DNA from: a virus
Taxonomy: Duplodnaviria > Caudoviricetes
Strand: one strand, 5' to 3'
Virus record (IMG/VR): IMGVR_UViG_3300044490_000254
Coordinates: 1-50,634 of that record
DNA: 50,634 bases
This document shows, piece after piece, positions 25,601 to 35,200 of the stretch. The translations under genes and the position numbers were made by a program. Each line of letters opens with the position of its first letter. Within the stretch, counting starts at the first letter, position 1. The notes beneath the pieces are model-generated. The model searched no databases, had not been told where the DNA came from, and saw only the letters and a program-made list of their open reading frames with translations.

Positions 25601-27330
25601 TGGCTGGGCGAATCGGAGCGATGCATTGTTCTTGGGACGCCATCGCGGAAGAATGGGAGAATTTCCTGCTCGGGGGAATAGAGCTTCGCAGTCGGGACAA
25701 GTTGCGGTTGGCTCGGCATTGGTGGCGGCTAGGGGATGTGAATGGGGTTGAGTATTTGCTTGATGAGTTGACGCCTGAGGAGAGGCAGACGTTTCGGCCC
25801 ATTGGAGACATAAAAGTAGCTCGACAAACCGATGCGCCAATAAGACCCGCGTCCCACATCATCAATGCGATTTGTAACGTAGCCGCGCAATACCGGCCGA
25901 AAACCATACGGGGACTCGGGTTGGACGGGGTCTGGCTCGCAGATCAAGTTGCCGGCGTGATTGGGGCGGAGGTGGTCAATGATGCTATGGTTGATTTCGT
26001 GGTGGGATTCGAGACACTAGAGCGAGCGAAGAATCCCGTGGAGTACATCGCCTCCGTAGAGCGCTCCGTGAATCCTGGCGGGTACATTTGTTTCATCTCT
26101 GCGATCTCTGGAGTGCAGCAGGATCGGATCCACCAGGGACTGCCGCGCGATATACGGTGGGTCTTTGACAATCACGACCTGAAAGAATTGCTTGGCAACA
26201 AGCCGGATCTGCTCGCTATGATTGTTGAGGGTGGGGCGTTGTCGAAATACGACGGTAGGCCCCTTGCTTGGCAGTTGAATTGCTATCAGAACAAAAAGGA
26301 GGTGCCGCAGAGCACATTCAACCTTGAGCGGCGTTCATGGCTGCAGTCTCCGCAACTGAGTTTGACCGGCGCAATGATTGTGAAGAATGGCGAATCGTTG
26401 CTGACGCGGTGCCTGAAGTCCATCGTTCCGTACTGCGATGAAGTCATTGTGGATGATACCGGTTCAACCGACACGACCCCGGATATCCTCCGGCGATTCG
26501 GCATTGAGCCTGGTCAGGGATTGAATCCGATAGATGTGGGATTTGATGCGGCGCGGAACAGGGGCTTGAAGCGCGCAACCGGAGATATTGTGCTCTGGAT
26601 CGATGCGGATGAAGAACTGTTGGATGCGCACAATCTGCCGAAATATCTGCGCTGGTCGATGTACAACGGCGTGGCTATCCAGCAGCATCATTTCAGCGCT
26701 GTTCCGATGAATGCCTTCAAACCGGATTTGCCGGTCCGGATATTCCGACGAATCTGGCTGAATGGCAAGCCGACGGGGATACGGTGGTATGGATTCGTGC
26801 ACGAGCATCCGGAATTGGCGATCAACCATTCCGTCGGCCAGAGCATTGTCCTGTCGGATGTGCATATCGCCCATGACGGATACCTCACGGAGACGGGACG
26901 CCGTGGCCGATTCGACCGCAACATCGCATTGATGTTCAGGGACCGGGCAGCGTATCCGGATCGCGTCCTCGGGAAGTTTCTGATGATTCGGGATTGGATT
27001 CACTTGGCGCGATATGAGGCCGAGCAGAATCGAGGGATGCTGACGCCGTCGGGCGTTCAATACCTGGAGGCGGCGCTGGAGAGCTATCGCAAGAACTTCC
27101 TGGGAGCCACGCATCAGATGGCGGTGGATGGCTTGCCGTATTACAATGAGGCTCTTCAGCTGCTTCGGCGAGGATTTGAGGTCCAGGTGGTTCTGAAGGT
27201 TGGTGGGATCGACGGTCAGCCGAGAGAAGTCACGTATAGCGGGCGGGTCACCGATAAAAAGGATTTGGAGACATTGGTGACGAGCGGCATCCATGATTTG
27301 ACGTCGGTGTGGGACGGGGAGTATTTGTGA
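22672..27330 (+). CDS. 1552-aa multidomain enzyme: methyltransferase, GT4, GT4, degenerate methyltransferase, GT2
   Basis: VLDLGC..SEVLEHV; LGGSE..YASSYDRGL..CKTALE; LGGSE..FASRPERGL..EVSCLSLLEA; FETLER..PGG; MIVKN..VDDTGSTD..WIDADE..VHE. Confidence 0.9.
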   Translation: MTEKSSTDPMELLKNDKALEAKLKVSRLPWDDPTRQRVEELTAHTNSSEAYQEYYRTMRGGICPEDQVFRRHEQVKRFARIRELILERKHKTVLDLGCLDGWQLLNLAASGIVGVGIDLSPQALAVAVERSAKWGFGLRFIESSIEDAEVTENDLDGSGIPLGTKHLRLFDAVILSEVLEHVLDPVACMKTAARHLAPGGIVYVSVPATPIPHHGKLEDAREHLRVYSEQDLIDLATKAGLHVVVDQDMTEEQDQGQSFSNRMMSFRRATITIYTGHVTGGWNPPIPESLGGSEELVVKVAEAWARRGHQVAVYADVLSGTVNGVQYHSRSRIPDPNPDVLVCFKTLEYIDYPAGRTVFWTTDLPAPGQSATFLPPKLMDDIDAVICISEYHRQELLKAVPWLSPAKIHQHWLGVNHAEIEQACQTHQKAPHRVLYASSYDRGLRQLLEVWPTVRAAVPDAELHVTYGWDFWIKSEAVVAKPVADSMRQERKELEKLLAQSGVVHCGRLPRQDVLQEFAEAEIWAYPCTGGELCCKTALEVQVAGCEPVVVPVMALAETVQIGTKTTHAQFADALILALLEKSKVGGPFTAPSWDELSQWAWELAKPKQTASVQMESHPEVEPTVIPERFSIPSCATVPPVRELSILMAVSGMPFDGTTDRTKDLGGSETCAAQLSRALVKRGHSVTVFSNLPDKPGKFDGVTYLPIAEYARYAVSTPHDISIIQRDPTGFNLGLQSKMNILWCHDLGLKRYHTMFRSSMWNVDYVVPVSHWHGRQLCEIYDLPPDVVVPMNNGIDLEMIHKFIDRSNERDPNAVVFASRPERGLDVLLQSIFPRLLERNPKLTLYVAEYANTIESMVPFYQHCQQLMQNLGARAKWMGALKKPELYALYSISSAYLYPQRSFKEVSCLSLLEAAACGLPFVGTNLGALPETSQRVEGATRLVDHPGHEATAEFIDRYVDAAWEVLSNPELNFQMSVAGRIGAMHCSWDAIAEEWENFLLGGIELRSRDKLRLARHWWRLGDVNGVEYLLDELTPEERQTFRPIGDIKVARQTDAPIRPASHIINAICNVAAQYRPKTIRGLGLDGVWLADQVAGVIGAEVVNDAMVDFVVGFETLERAKNPVEYIASVERSVNPGGYICFISAISGVQQDRIHQGLPRDIRWVFDNHDLKELLGNKPDLLAMIVEGGALSKYDGRPLAWQLNCYQNKKEVPQSTFNLERRSWLQSPQLSLTGAMIVKNGESLLTRCLKSIVPYCDEVIVDDTGSTDTTPDILRRFGIEPGQGLNPIDVGFDAARNRGLKRATGDIVLWIDADEELLDAHNLPKYLRWSMYNGVAIQQHHFSAVPMNAFKPDLPVRIFRRIWLNGKPTGIRWYGFVHEHPELAINHSVGQSIVLSDVHIAHDGYLTETGRRGRFDRNIALMFRDRAAYPDRVLGKFLMIRDWIHLARYEAEQNRGMLTPSGVQYLEAALESYRKNFLGATHQMAVDGLPYYNEALQLLRRGFEVQVVLKVGGIDGQPREVTYSGRVTDKKDLETLVTSGIHDLTSVWDGEYL

Positions 27331-27479
27331 TGATCCCAGCCACTGTTGCGATTCAAGATTATTTTGGTGCGGTGACGCTTGGAATTGCGCAGGCCCGATT
27401 TTCAGAACAAATCACTTTCACTCGATATTTCATTGCGGTTTTGAAAATCAGACATTGGGATGCTATTTATGGTGATTAG
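27330..27479 (+). CDS. Possible 49-aa ORF
   Basis: TGATG overlap with the upstream stop; no recognisable motif. Confidence 0.3.
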   Translation: MIPATVAIQDYFGAVTLGIAQARFSEQITFTRYFIAVLKIRHWDAIYGD

Positions 27480-27518
27480 TTTTGCGTGCCTTTCATGGCG
27501 GTGTGAAGAGTCAATGTA

Positions 27519-28049
27519 ATGTCCAATAAAAAAGAAACATATACAGCGGTGACCCCCACACCAATCTATGGGTTTCCTATGAAGGGCACGTATCTCATCA
27601 GTGTGGAGCGGCGGACGCCTGGATTCTCGAACTTTGGGACAACGGAACATTATCGCGCTGACAATGCGGTGGTGTTGAACGGGTTGACAATGTTGGCGCG
27701 ATGGATTTCCTCCTATGCTGTGGGAGTGAATTCACAGATGGCTTATATCGCAGTCGGAACAGCGACAACCGCCGCGTCTGTCAATCAAACGAATCTTGCG
27801 GGAGAAGTCAAACGTCTTCCGTTCTCAGCAGTGTCTGTTACCGCAAACAACTCTTGGTCCGCTGTTTCAACATTTGGTGGTGGAACAGATAGCATTGTGG
27901 GCGTAGTAATCGGCGAGGCCGGGGTATGGAATGCAGCGGGATCGGGTGCGGGGGTGATGTTCAACCGAGCCCCGTTGTCCGCAACATTCACGTTGCAGAG
28001 CAGTGATGTGGCAGCAGTGCAGGTAATCGTGAGCGTGGGTAGCCTGTAG
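27519..28049 (+). CDS. Putative virion structural protein
   Basis: NAVVLNG..YIAVGTATTAA..QTNLAGEV..EAGVWNA pattern, common in phage collar/fibre-base proteins. Confidence 0.65.
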   Translation: MSNKKETYTAVTPTPIYGFPMKGTYLISVERRTPGFSNFGTTEHYRADNAVVLNGLTMLARWISSYAVGVNSQMAYIAVGTATTAASVNQTNLAGEVKRLPFSAVSVTANNSWSAVSTFGGGTDSIVGVVIGEAGVWNAAGSGAGVMFNRAPLSATFTLQSSDVAAVQVIVSVGSL

Positions 28050-28057
28050 GAGCTTAA

Positions 28058-28381
28058 ATGGCATATCCGTTCCGACAGGTGGAGGTAGGTGGTACCTATC
28101 AATTCACATGGACAGCATCCACCAATCCATCTTCATTATCTATGGTGATCAAGACGGCTTCGGACACTATCGTGGCCAGTGTGGCGGCAATATCATCGGG
28201 TACTGGAGCTTGGTATGCATTCGCCACGATTCCCGATTCCTTTGGAAAGTACCCGAGCTATTTGTTGCAGCAATGGACGGCCACCGCCTCGACGCCGGCG
28301 GGATCTGCCTCGCCATTCATCACGAAGCAGGTGTTTGAGGTGATAAAAACGCAAGCCTTCGTCCAGGGGAGGTTGCAGTAA
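28058..28381 (+). CDS. Putative Ig-like virion protein
   Basis: AGGAG RBS; beta-rich and S/T-rich. Confidence 0.55.
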   Translation: MAYPFRQVEVGGTYQFTWTASTNPSSLSMVIKTASDTIVASVAAISSGTGAWYAFATIPDSFGKYPSYLLQQWTATASTPAGSASPFITKQVFEVIKTQAFVQGRLQ

Positions 28382-28878
28382 TGGGCCGCTATGTTGAAGC
28401 GGGACAGATCATGGAGATTTTGCCCGTCTTCATTTCGACAGCGGGTATGACGCCTGGTCAAGTCGAGTTTTTCATCGAGGGGCGCGAGGATGAGATCGAT
28501 GCTCGGCTTGGTCGGTTTTGGAACACAACAGTCTTTTCCGGCAACGCGCCTCCGATGGTGAAGACGCTTGCCAAACTCGGCGCAACAGTAGACATCCGCA
28601 AGTCGAAGATCAGCATGGAAGATCCGAGCATTAGTCAGTGGATTGTAGAGGACGAGAAGAAATTTGAGGCGTTGATCACCAGCCTGGTCTCCGGGACAGC
28701 GGATCTGGTTACTGGATCAGGGACGGTGCTCGCTAGAACTGGTCGGATGCAAGACCAGATCTGGTCCTCAACAAAAGACTATGCGCCTACAATGACGATC
28801 TTGGATGCGACAGATCAGAATATGTCACGACAGCGGGAACTTGACGAGGCAGATCGGCAATCGGCGGATGCTGGATAA
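28381..28878 (+). CDS. Head-tail adaptor (Mu gp36-like)
   Basis: MGRYVEA..., EIDARLGR, PPMVKTLA; position. Confidence 0.6.
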   Translation: MGRYVEAGQIMEILPVFISTAGMTPGQVEFFIEGREDEIDARLGRFWNTTVFSGNAPPMVKTLAKLGATVDIRKSKISMEDPSISQWIVEDEKKFEALITSLVSGTADLVTGSGTVLARTGRMQDQIWSSTKDYAPTMTILDATDQNMSRQRELDEADRQSADAG

Positions 28879-29324
28879 TGGCGAAGATTGACTATACAGG
28901 CATCATGAAAGCAACACGGGACACCATCGCCAATGATGCGAATGTGCGGGCGTTGCGGACGACCGTGGAAATCGCTCGGGCCGTACTGACGATGAACGCG
29001 ACTCCCCATGTCAATATCTTTGAGGGGCGTCGAGTCAATGCGACACAGGTGATCTCCGCTGGGAAGCGACATCGATATACGCTGCATTGGCAGGTGGTGG
29101 TAAGTGCGTTTTCTGCTGCGGGATTCGAGGATGCGATGTCCCAGCGAGATGAATTGCTGGGTTACGTTGAACTAGCGCTGATGAGTAACCGATCATTAGG
29201 CGGAATTCTCACACATCAGCAGTTGCAGCTCGCTGGCGGGGAGCTGAGGAGCAATCCAGGGGACAACGGGTTCTGGAGCCAAGGGGCGATTGATCTTACA
29301 GCGGATGTGGATGCGACGCTATGA
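28878..29324 (+). CDS. Tail terminator/completion protein
   Basis: Size, PHVNI and NRSLGG motifs, position. Confidence 0.55.
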   Translation: MAKIDYTGIMKATRDTIANDANVRALRTTVEIARAVLTMNATPHVNIFEGRRVNATQVISAGKRHRYTLHWQVVVSAFSAAGFEDAMSQRDELLGYVELALMSNRSLGGILTHQQLQLAGGELRSNPGDNGFWSQGAIDLTADVDATL

Positions 29325-29566
29325 ATGGGATGGATGTATTCACTGAAGCCCTACGGTTGAAGACGCCGGATGAAAGCTATCGCATCCGCTGTCCGGAGTG
29401 CGAAGCGGTGCTCGCGGAGTATCTATCCGGAGTCAACGTGTTTCGGTGCCGCGCATGCAAATGGCATGGGGTGGTGTCTCGGATGTCCGCGTCATTGGTC
29501 GCGAGCATGACGACATTGAAGCCAGGGCTGACGGAGCGGATATTGCGCCGCAAGGAGTGTCCGTAA
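29321..29566 (+). CDS. Com-like Zn-ribbon protein
   Basis: IRCPECEAVLAE...FRCRACK. Confidence 0.55.
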   Translation: MNGMDVFTEALRLKTPDESYRIRCPECEAVLAEYLSGVNVFRCRACKWHGVVSRMSASLVASMTTLKPGLTERILRRKECP

Positions 29567-30213
29567 TGGCTGGGATACAGGTGAAGGGGTTGGATGCCGT
29601 GACCCGACAAATACGGCACGCGATAAATGGAGTGAAGAAAAGAGTCACTCTCTATCGCAGGATCGGCACCGCATTGGTCGCGTGGATCGACAGGAATTTC
29701 ATGGATGAAGGGACAGAACAGCGGTGGGAGCCGTTGGCTGCAGGGACGCTGTTTGCTCGAAGAAAAGGAGGAGTAGGCGCCAAGATTTTGCAGAATAACG
29801 GGTTGCTACGGGCGTCTCATACCTACGAAGCGTCAGCGGGTAAAGTAGTTGTCGGATTCCCGAATAACCGTATTGCGGAATATCATCATTGGGGCACGCC
29901 AGGGCCATATGAGATCAGGCCTCGAAATGCAAAAGCCCTGATGTTCTTCGCTCCGCCTGGAACAGGCGGGGCAGGCCGCACCACTATCATCAAACGGAAG
30001 AAAGGTGCGCCAAAAGTGGGACTCGCCAACAAAAGCGGCAGCAAGCAGTCCGTGATTTTTGCTACACACGTCATGCATCCTGGATTGAAGGCGCGGCCAT
30101 TGCTTCCATCAGTGCCATTGGCGGAAACATTGGTGGCGGAAGTCATCAACGAATATGTCGAAGAGCTATTGAAACCCAAAGACGCATCATTGAAACCCGA
30201 AGGCGCATCATAG
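29566..30213 (+). CDS. Virion morphogenesis protein (Mu gpG / P2 S-like)
   Basis: RNF..EG..WEPLA, KILQNNGLLRAS, AEYHHWG, ARPLLP. Confidence 0.8.
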   Translation: MAGIQVKGLDAVTRQIRHAINGVKKRVTLYRRIGTALVAWIDRNFMDEGTEQRWEPLAAGTLFARRKGGVGAKILQNNGLLRASHTYEASAGKVVVGFPNNRIAEYHHWGTPGPYEIRPRNAKALMFFAPPGTGGAGRTTIIKRKKGAPKVGLANKSGSKQSVIFATHVMHPGLKARPLLPSVPLAETLVAEVINEYVEELLKPKDASLKPEGAS

Positions 30214-30229
30214 CAGAAAAGGGGTATTC

Positions 30230-30460
30230 ATGCGGTTGGAATGGACCGATAGAGAGGTGGTGTTTATCGCGGATGTTGGGACAGTGGGGCCTGGTACGGA
30301 ATTCGAGATCGAGGATTCTCGTGGACAAGATCTGCTGAATCGTGGGTGCGCAAAACTTGTAGAGAAACCTCTTGTTCAGAACAACGAAGCAGAAGAGATG
30401 GACGACAAACGAGACATCCATGTCGTTGTTACGGACGGATTTGGAGCAGGAGATTACTAA
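30230..30460 (+). CDS. Small hypothetical protein
   Basis: AGGGG RBS; precedes the tail tube gene. Confidence 0.6.
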   Translation: MRLEWTDREVVFIADVGTVGPGTEFEIEDSRGQDLLNRGCAKLVEKPLVQNNEAEEMDDKRDIHVVVTDGFGAGDY

Positions 30461-30489
30461 TGGCGCTGGTCGTCAAGGGATAAAGGTAC

Positions 30490-31470
30490 ATGGCTGAAGG
30501 AGTATTGGGATTTTTGGGGATTTCGCGGCAGCAGAGCTTTGGGACAGCAACCTCCTCCTGGAATTTCATCCCATTCACATCGGAGGGAATCGCCACGACC
30601 ATCGATCAGATCCGTCGGGGAAGCATCGTTGGGCGCACGGCGGAAGGGATTGCGCAGGCCGGTATCGAAAAGGGTGGAGGTGATGTTACAATGGAGCCTC
30701 ATCCGATCCTGATCGGCCACATCCTCCGTGGAGTGTGCGGGCAATCCAGCGTTAGCGCAACGGCGACGACGTCAGTGGCGGGGTTTCAGGATTACACACA
30801 TGAGTTTATCCCCCGCAACGCAAAGTTTGATACAAAATGCATGCTCCCTCCTTACACACTGCAAGTCCATCGAGATGTCACCTCGGCATTCCAATATGGG
30901 GATTCGATCTTCACGAACGTGGAATTGAACATAAAAGGCAATGCTTTGGTGGAAGCCAAGGCAACAGTGATGACTCGCGTAACGTCTATCATGGCAGCTT
31001 CCACGGCAACATTCACGGAACCGGCCGAGTGGGCGTGGAACGTGGCGTCGGTCAGTATCGCGGGCACTGCGATCGATTTCATCGAGAGCCTGACGGTGTC
31101 GATTGATCAGCCCACCGATGGAGTGATCATGTTGGACGGGACGCGGATGGTGAACCGTTTTGTGCGGAACGGACCGACAGCCATCCGAGTCAGCGGGACG
31201 TTGGACTTCCAGGATTTGACGGAGTTCAACGCATTCAAAACCCAGACGCAGCGACGTCTATTGGTCAATCTCGCCCCAGCGGTAGCGTCCGGACCGTATA
31301 TGCTGATTGATATACCGAAGATGCTTTACACGACGTTCCCGGCGAACATCGGCGGCCCGAATCGGATCTCGGTGGGATTCCAGGGCACTGGGGAATTCGA
31401 CACCACAAGCAGTTATGCAATCAGGATCACGTTGACGAACACGCAGGCGACCGGATACAGCGTCATCTAA
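30490..31470 (+). CDS. Major tail tube protein
   Basis: LGISRQQSFGT, IPFTSEGI, YTHEF, VSGTLDF; followed by chaperones and tape measure; no sheath gene in the module. Confidence 0.8.
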   Translation: MAEGVLGFLGISRQQSFGTATSSWNFIPFTSEGIATTIDQIRRGSIVGRTAEGIAQAGIEKGGGDVTMEPHPILIGHILRGVCGQSSVSATATTSVAGFQDYTHEFIPRNAKFDTKCMLPPYTLQVHRDVTSAFQYGDSIFTNVELNIKGNALVEAKATVMTRVTSIMAASTATFTEPAEWAWNVASVSIAGTAIDFIESLTVSIDQPTDGVIMLDGTRMVNRFVRNGPTAIRVSGTLDFQDLTEFNAFKTQTQRRLLVNLAPAVASGPYMLIDIPKMLYTTFPANIGGPNRISVGFQGTGEFDTTSSYAIRITLTNTQATGYSVI

Positions 31471-31532
31471 CCAATGTTCATGCGGAACTGCTCGCAGTAG
31501 CGCGAGGGGATAACGCAGAAGGAGATGTCCCG

Positions 31533-31961
31533 ATGGGATTGATTACCTTGGTGCAGCCCGATGAGAGGTTTTGGCTCCATGTCACGGTGGACGACACTGA
31601 TCCTACTGAGATCAAGCACAAATTGACCAACGACGAACCTGATGAGCAAGACCTGAATTCGAGCGGATGGTCCGCTATTGAGTGTCGTCGAATGCCTGCT
31701 GACTGGTTTGAGGACGCGAAGACGCGGTACACGAAATGGGTGAATGATCGGACGGGACGATACGAGCAGACCAATTGGCAGGGATACCGGAAGGAGATTG
31801 TCAAACACATTGTGATCTCCTGGAAAGGGATGAGCGGGAATCCGCCGTGCACCGAGGAGAATAAGCTGAAACTCCCGCAGGCTGTGCAGTTGTTGGTAAT
31901 CAGTCAATCCTCCGGGTTGGTGTCGGCCCCAGATAAGGGGGAATTGCAAAAAAACTCCTGA
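31533..31961 (+). CDS. Tail assembly chaperone (G-like)
   Basis: IVISWKG..PCTEENKLKL; ends in a slippery site. Confidence 0.75.
   Translation: MGLITLVQPDERFWLHVTVDDTDPTEIKHKLTNDEPDEQDLNSSGWSAIECRRMPADWFEDAKTRYTKWVNDRTGRYEQTNWQGYRKEIVKHIVISWKGMSGNPPCTEENKLKLPQAVQLLVISQSSGLVSAPDKGELQKNS
31949..31955 (+). promoter_or_regulatory. -1 programmed frameshift heptamer A AAA AAC
   Basis: CAA AAA AAC TCC TGA; the -1 frame reads AAA CTC CTG ATG into ORF 31961. Confidence 0.8.
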
Positions 31962-32215
31962 TGGCCGTTTCCGGTGCAACACGACCGGACGGCCAGGATC
32001 CTAGGGACGATCCGCTGATCGTGGAGACCTTGCGGTTGTGGTCTTATTTGGGACGGCCCATGGTGAAGGATTTCGGGTTGGGGCTGGTGGCGCTCGAATT
32101 GGCGGGCGGGTTGCGAGGGACGAAGAGTGATATCCTTACGATGTGGGACTTGTTGTGCTTTTACTATGAGCATTTGCTCCAGGAAGCGGAGCGGAATCCG
32201 AAGCGTTCATCGTGA
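31961..32215 (+). CDS. Tail assembly chaperone extension (T-like)
   Basis: -1 frame ORF between the chaperone and the tape measure gene. Confidence 0.7.
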   Translation: MAVSGATRPDGQDPRDDPLIVETLRLWSYLGRPMVKDFGLGLVALELAGGLRGTKSDILTMWDLLCFYYEHLLQEAERNPKRSS

Positions 32216-32260
32216 GTCCATTGAAACAGCCATCGCCCATTGTGGTGCCGACATGAAAAC

Positions 32261-35200
32261 GTGCCACAAGTCACACTGACCATCACCGCAGAAGATCAGG
32301 CTTCGGGTCCTTTGTCGAAAATTGGCGAAGGGCTGGATGCGCTCGGGAAAAAATCCACCGAAGCTAGTGGGGCGACAGACAAGCTGAAAGACTCCACCGA
32401 GAAACTTGGCACGACAGTGACTCAGACCACAGGTTCGATGGAGAATCTGCAGCGTGTTACTGGCGCAATTGCGGCGGGTTTTGCGAGCGCAAAACTTACC
32501 CACTTTCTCCGTGATATTGCGGAGACCCGCGCCAGGACGGAGCAGCTTGGCATCGTCATGAATGTCATAGCGAAACAGGCTGGAATTATGCCGGGTCTCG
32601 CAGATGATTTATCCAAGGCGATGCAGAAGCAGGGCATCACTGCGCAAGAGGCCAATTCCGCTGTCACGAAATTCATCCAATCGAATCTGGAGCTGGCGAA
32701 AGCATTAAAGCTGGCGCGCGGGGCGCAGGACGCCGCCACGATCAGTGGCGAGAATTCGTCACAATCGCTGCAAGGCTTGGTCCATGGCATCGTGACGTTG
32801 CAGCCAGAAGTCCTGCGTACGCGGGGTGTGATAGTCACATTGGAGCAAGAGCTGCGCAAGGCGGCGCAAACAACCGGCCGGACGGCGCAAAGTTTCAGTG
32901 GCACAGAAAAACAAGCCCTTGTTTTTGCTGCCGTCTTGCGCGAATTGGAAAAACTCACCGGCGCGTATGAAGCCTCCATGACCAATGCCTCGAAACAATT
33001 GAAGTCCATGGAGCGGTATATTGAAGAGGCGAAGGAAGCGCTCGGCGAAAGTTTGCAGCCGGCATATCTTGCGATCATCCTGACCATCAATGATTTTCTG
33101 AAAGCCGTTGCGAATGCGGATCCGGTCGTTCTGAAATTCGCCGTATCTATAGGTATTCTGACAACCGCTATTGTATCGATGGCCGCAGCGATCGCTGGAT
33201 TTCAGATATTGGGACTCAAAACCGCATTCGCCGCGCTATTTACTGGCCCAGGATTGGCGGTGGTGGCCATCGCCGCGCTGGTGTCCATTGTAGTGGTCTT
33301 CTGGGAGGATCTTGGTAAATTATACTCCCGAATGACAGAGTCTGCGCCGTGGAAAGCGTTTAGTGGATTTTTAAGCGACGCGTCCGTTACATTAAAGACT
33401 TTCCTTCGAAACATCGGACTTTTGAATGCGGAAATGGACAAGTTGGATGCAGGGAAATTCGAGAAAAGGCGGAAAGAGATCGCACATGATGCCCTCATGA
33501 ATATGTTGGCGCAAGACACCATAAGGAAGGCCACGAAAGACGCAGCGGATGCGAAAGCCGCGGCAGAGGCTCTTGAAGCGGAAAAAGTCAAAAAAGCAAA
33601 CAAAGCACTTGAATCTATGATCGAATCCCTGACTATCGAGATGGTCAAGCTCAGAGAAGGGGAGCATGCAGCCCTTCGGTACAAGCTCAGCCATGGGGAA
33701 CTCGCCAAAGGCAGCGAAGCAAGCAAGAAAAAAATCTTGGATTTGACCGTTGCCCTAGAAGTTCAGAAGCATGTCTTGGAGGAGGCGAAGAAGGAGCTTG
33801 AGGAATTAGCAAAGGCGACTTTCGTCTTGTCCGCCGGATTGCTGCCGAAACTCACAGAGCAGATTGTCGCTCATACATCAGCGGAAGATCTGCTGGCAGA
33901 ACGAGTGAAAAAGGCGATAAAGGGGATGTCGGATGAAGTGGATAAGGCAATTCCACCACTAGGAAGCCTCTCCAACGCCTTCGGTCGTGTTAATAAAGCT
34001 ACCATGATATTGAGTGAGGATATGGAGAGGCTGGACAAACAGTATGGAACCAACAATATCAATGTCAGAGACGCGATTGCGCTCATTGATAGAATGGTGA
34101 AGTCCGAGATGGACTACATCGATGCCCTCGAAGCGCTGAAGAAACTGACGCCATTGGAAGCCGATAGAGCCAGGGTGGATCTGCTTACTAAGCAACGCAA
34201 TCTGTTGGAAGGTGTCCGAGCTGCCGTCAAAGACCTGAATGATCCGCAGGCATTGGTTGAATTCGATACCATGCTGCTTCAGATCAGTGGGACGATAAAG
34301 AACCTCAAGGACGAAACGGTTCTATGGAAGCAGGCATTTGATGGCTTCTTCGACATACTCTCCTTGTTCGGCGTGAAGATCGGGAAGCTCATTATCATGT
34401 TGCAGGCCATCCCGCGTGCATTGGGTGGGCTGGAGAAGATTGCCGGAGCTATCGGCGGGATAATTCAACTGTCGGCTCCGGCTGCGGCTGGCGCAGCGGA
34501 ACTGCTTCCTGGCCTCTCACAGGCGGAATCAGAGATCGCCTCACTAGGCCAGTCTGCGGCGGTGGCCAGCGGTGATCTCGGTATTTTCGGGTCATTATTG
34601 GGATGGGCATCGAGGCTGCTCTCGATTTTCGGCGGAGGATTGGGAACGTTCGGGAGCAAGATCGGAGACCTCCTGATTAAAATGGGCGTCCCTGCTGGAG
34701 CGGCTGGGGCCATCGGACGGGGAGCCGCAGGGGGGATGCTCGGGTTTGGTGTAGGGTCGTTTCTTGGTGGGCCTGGGGCGAAATACACTGGGATGCTTGG
34801 CGGCGCGGTGGGTTCGCTGGCGTTTGGCCCGGTTGGCGGCGTTATCGCTGCCATCGTAAGCTCGCTTGCCGGGAAGCTGTCCGATATTGTGACCAAATCG
34901 CTGTGGAGCGGGAACAAGGGCGCGCAAATCGGGGGGATGATTGGCACGATAGTATTCCCAGTCATTGGCACGCTGCTCGGCGGGTTCCTTGGTTCGCTAT
35001 TCGGCAAAACGCCAAAAGCCACACTAGCTGCCTCGGTCCTGCCGTTCAATCGCTCCAACATCGGGCGGGAGTTTGCTGACGAAGGCGTGCGCGGGACGCA
35101 GATCGGGCCGATCATGGTTGACGTCGGCGGCAATATCATGAAGAATTCGAAAGAGCACGAACTACAGAAACAGTTGGCCGAGGCATTGAACAAGCTTTTT

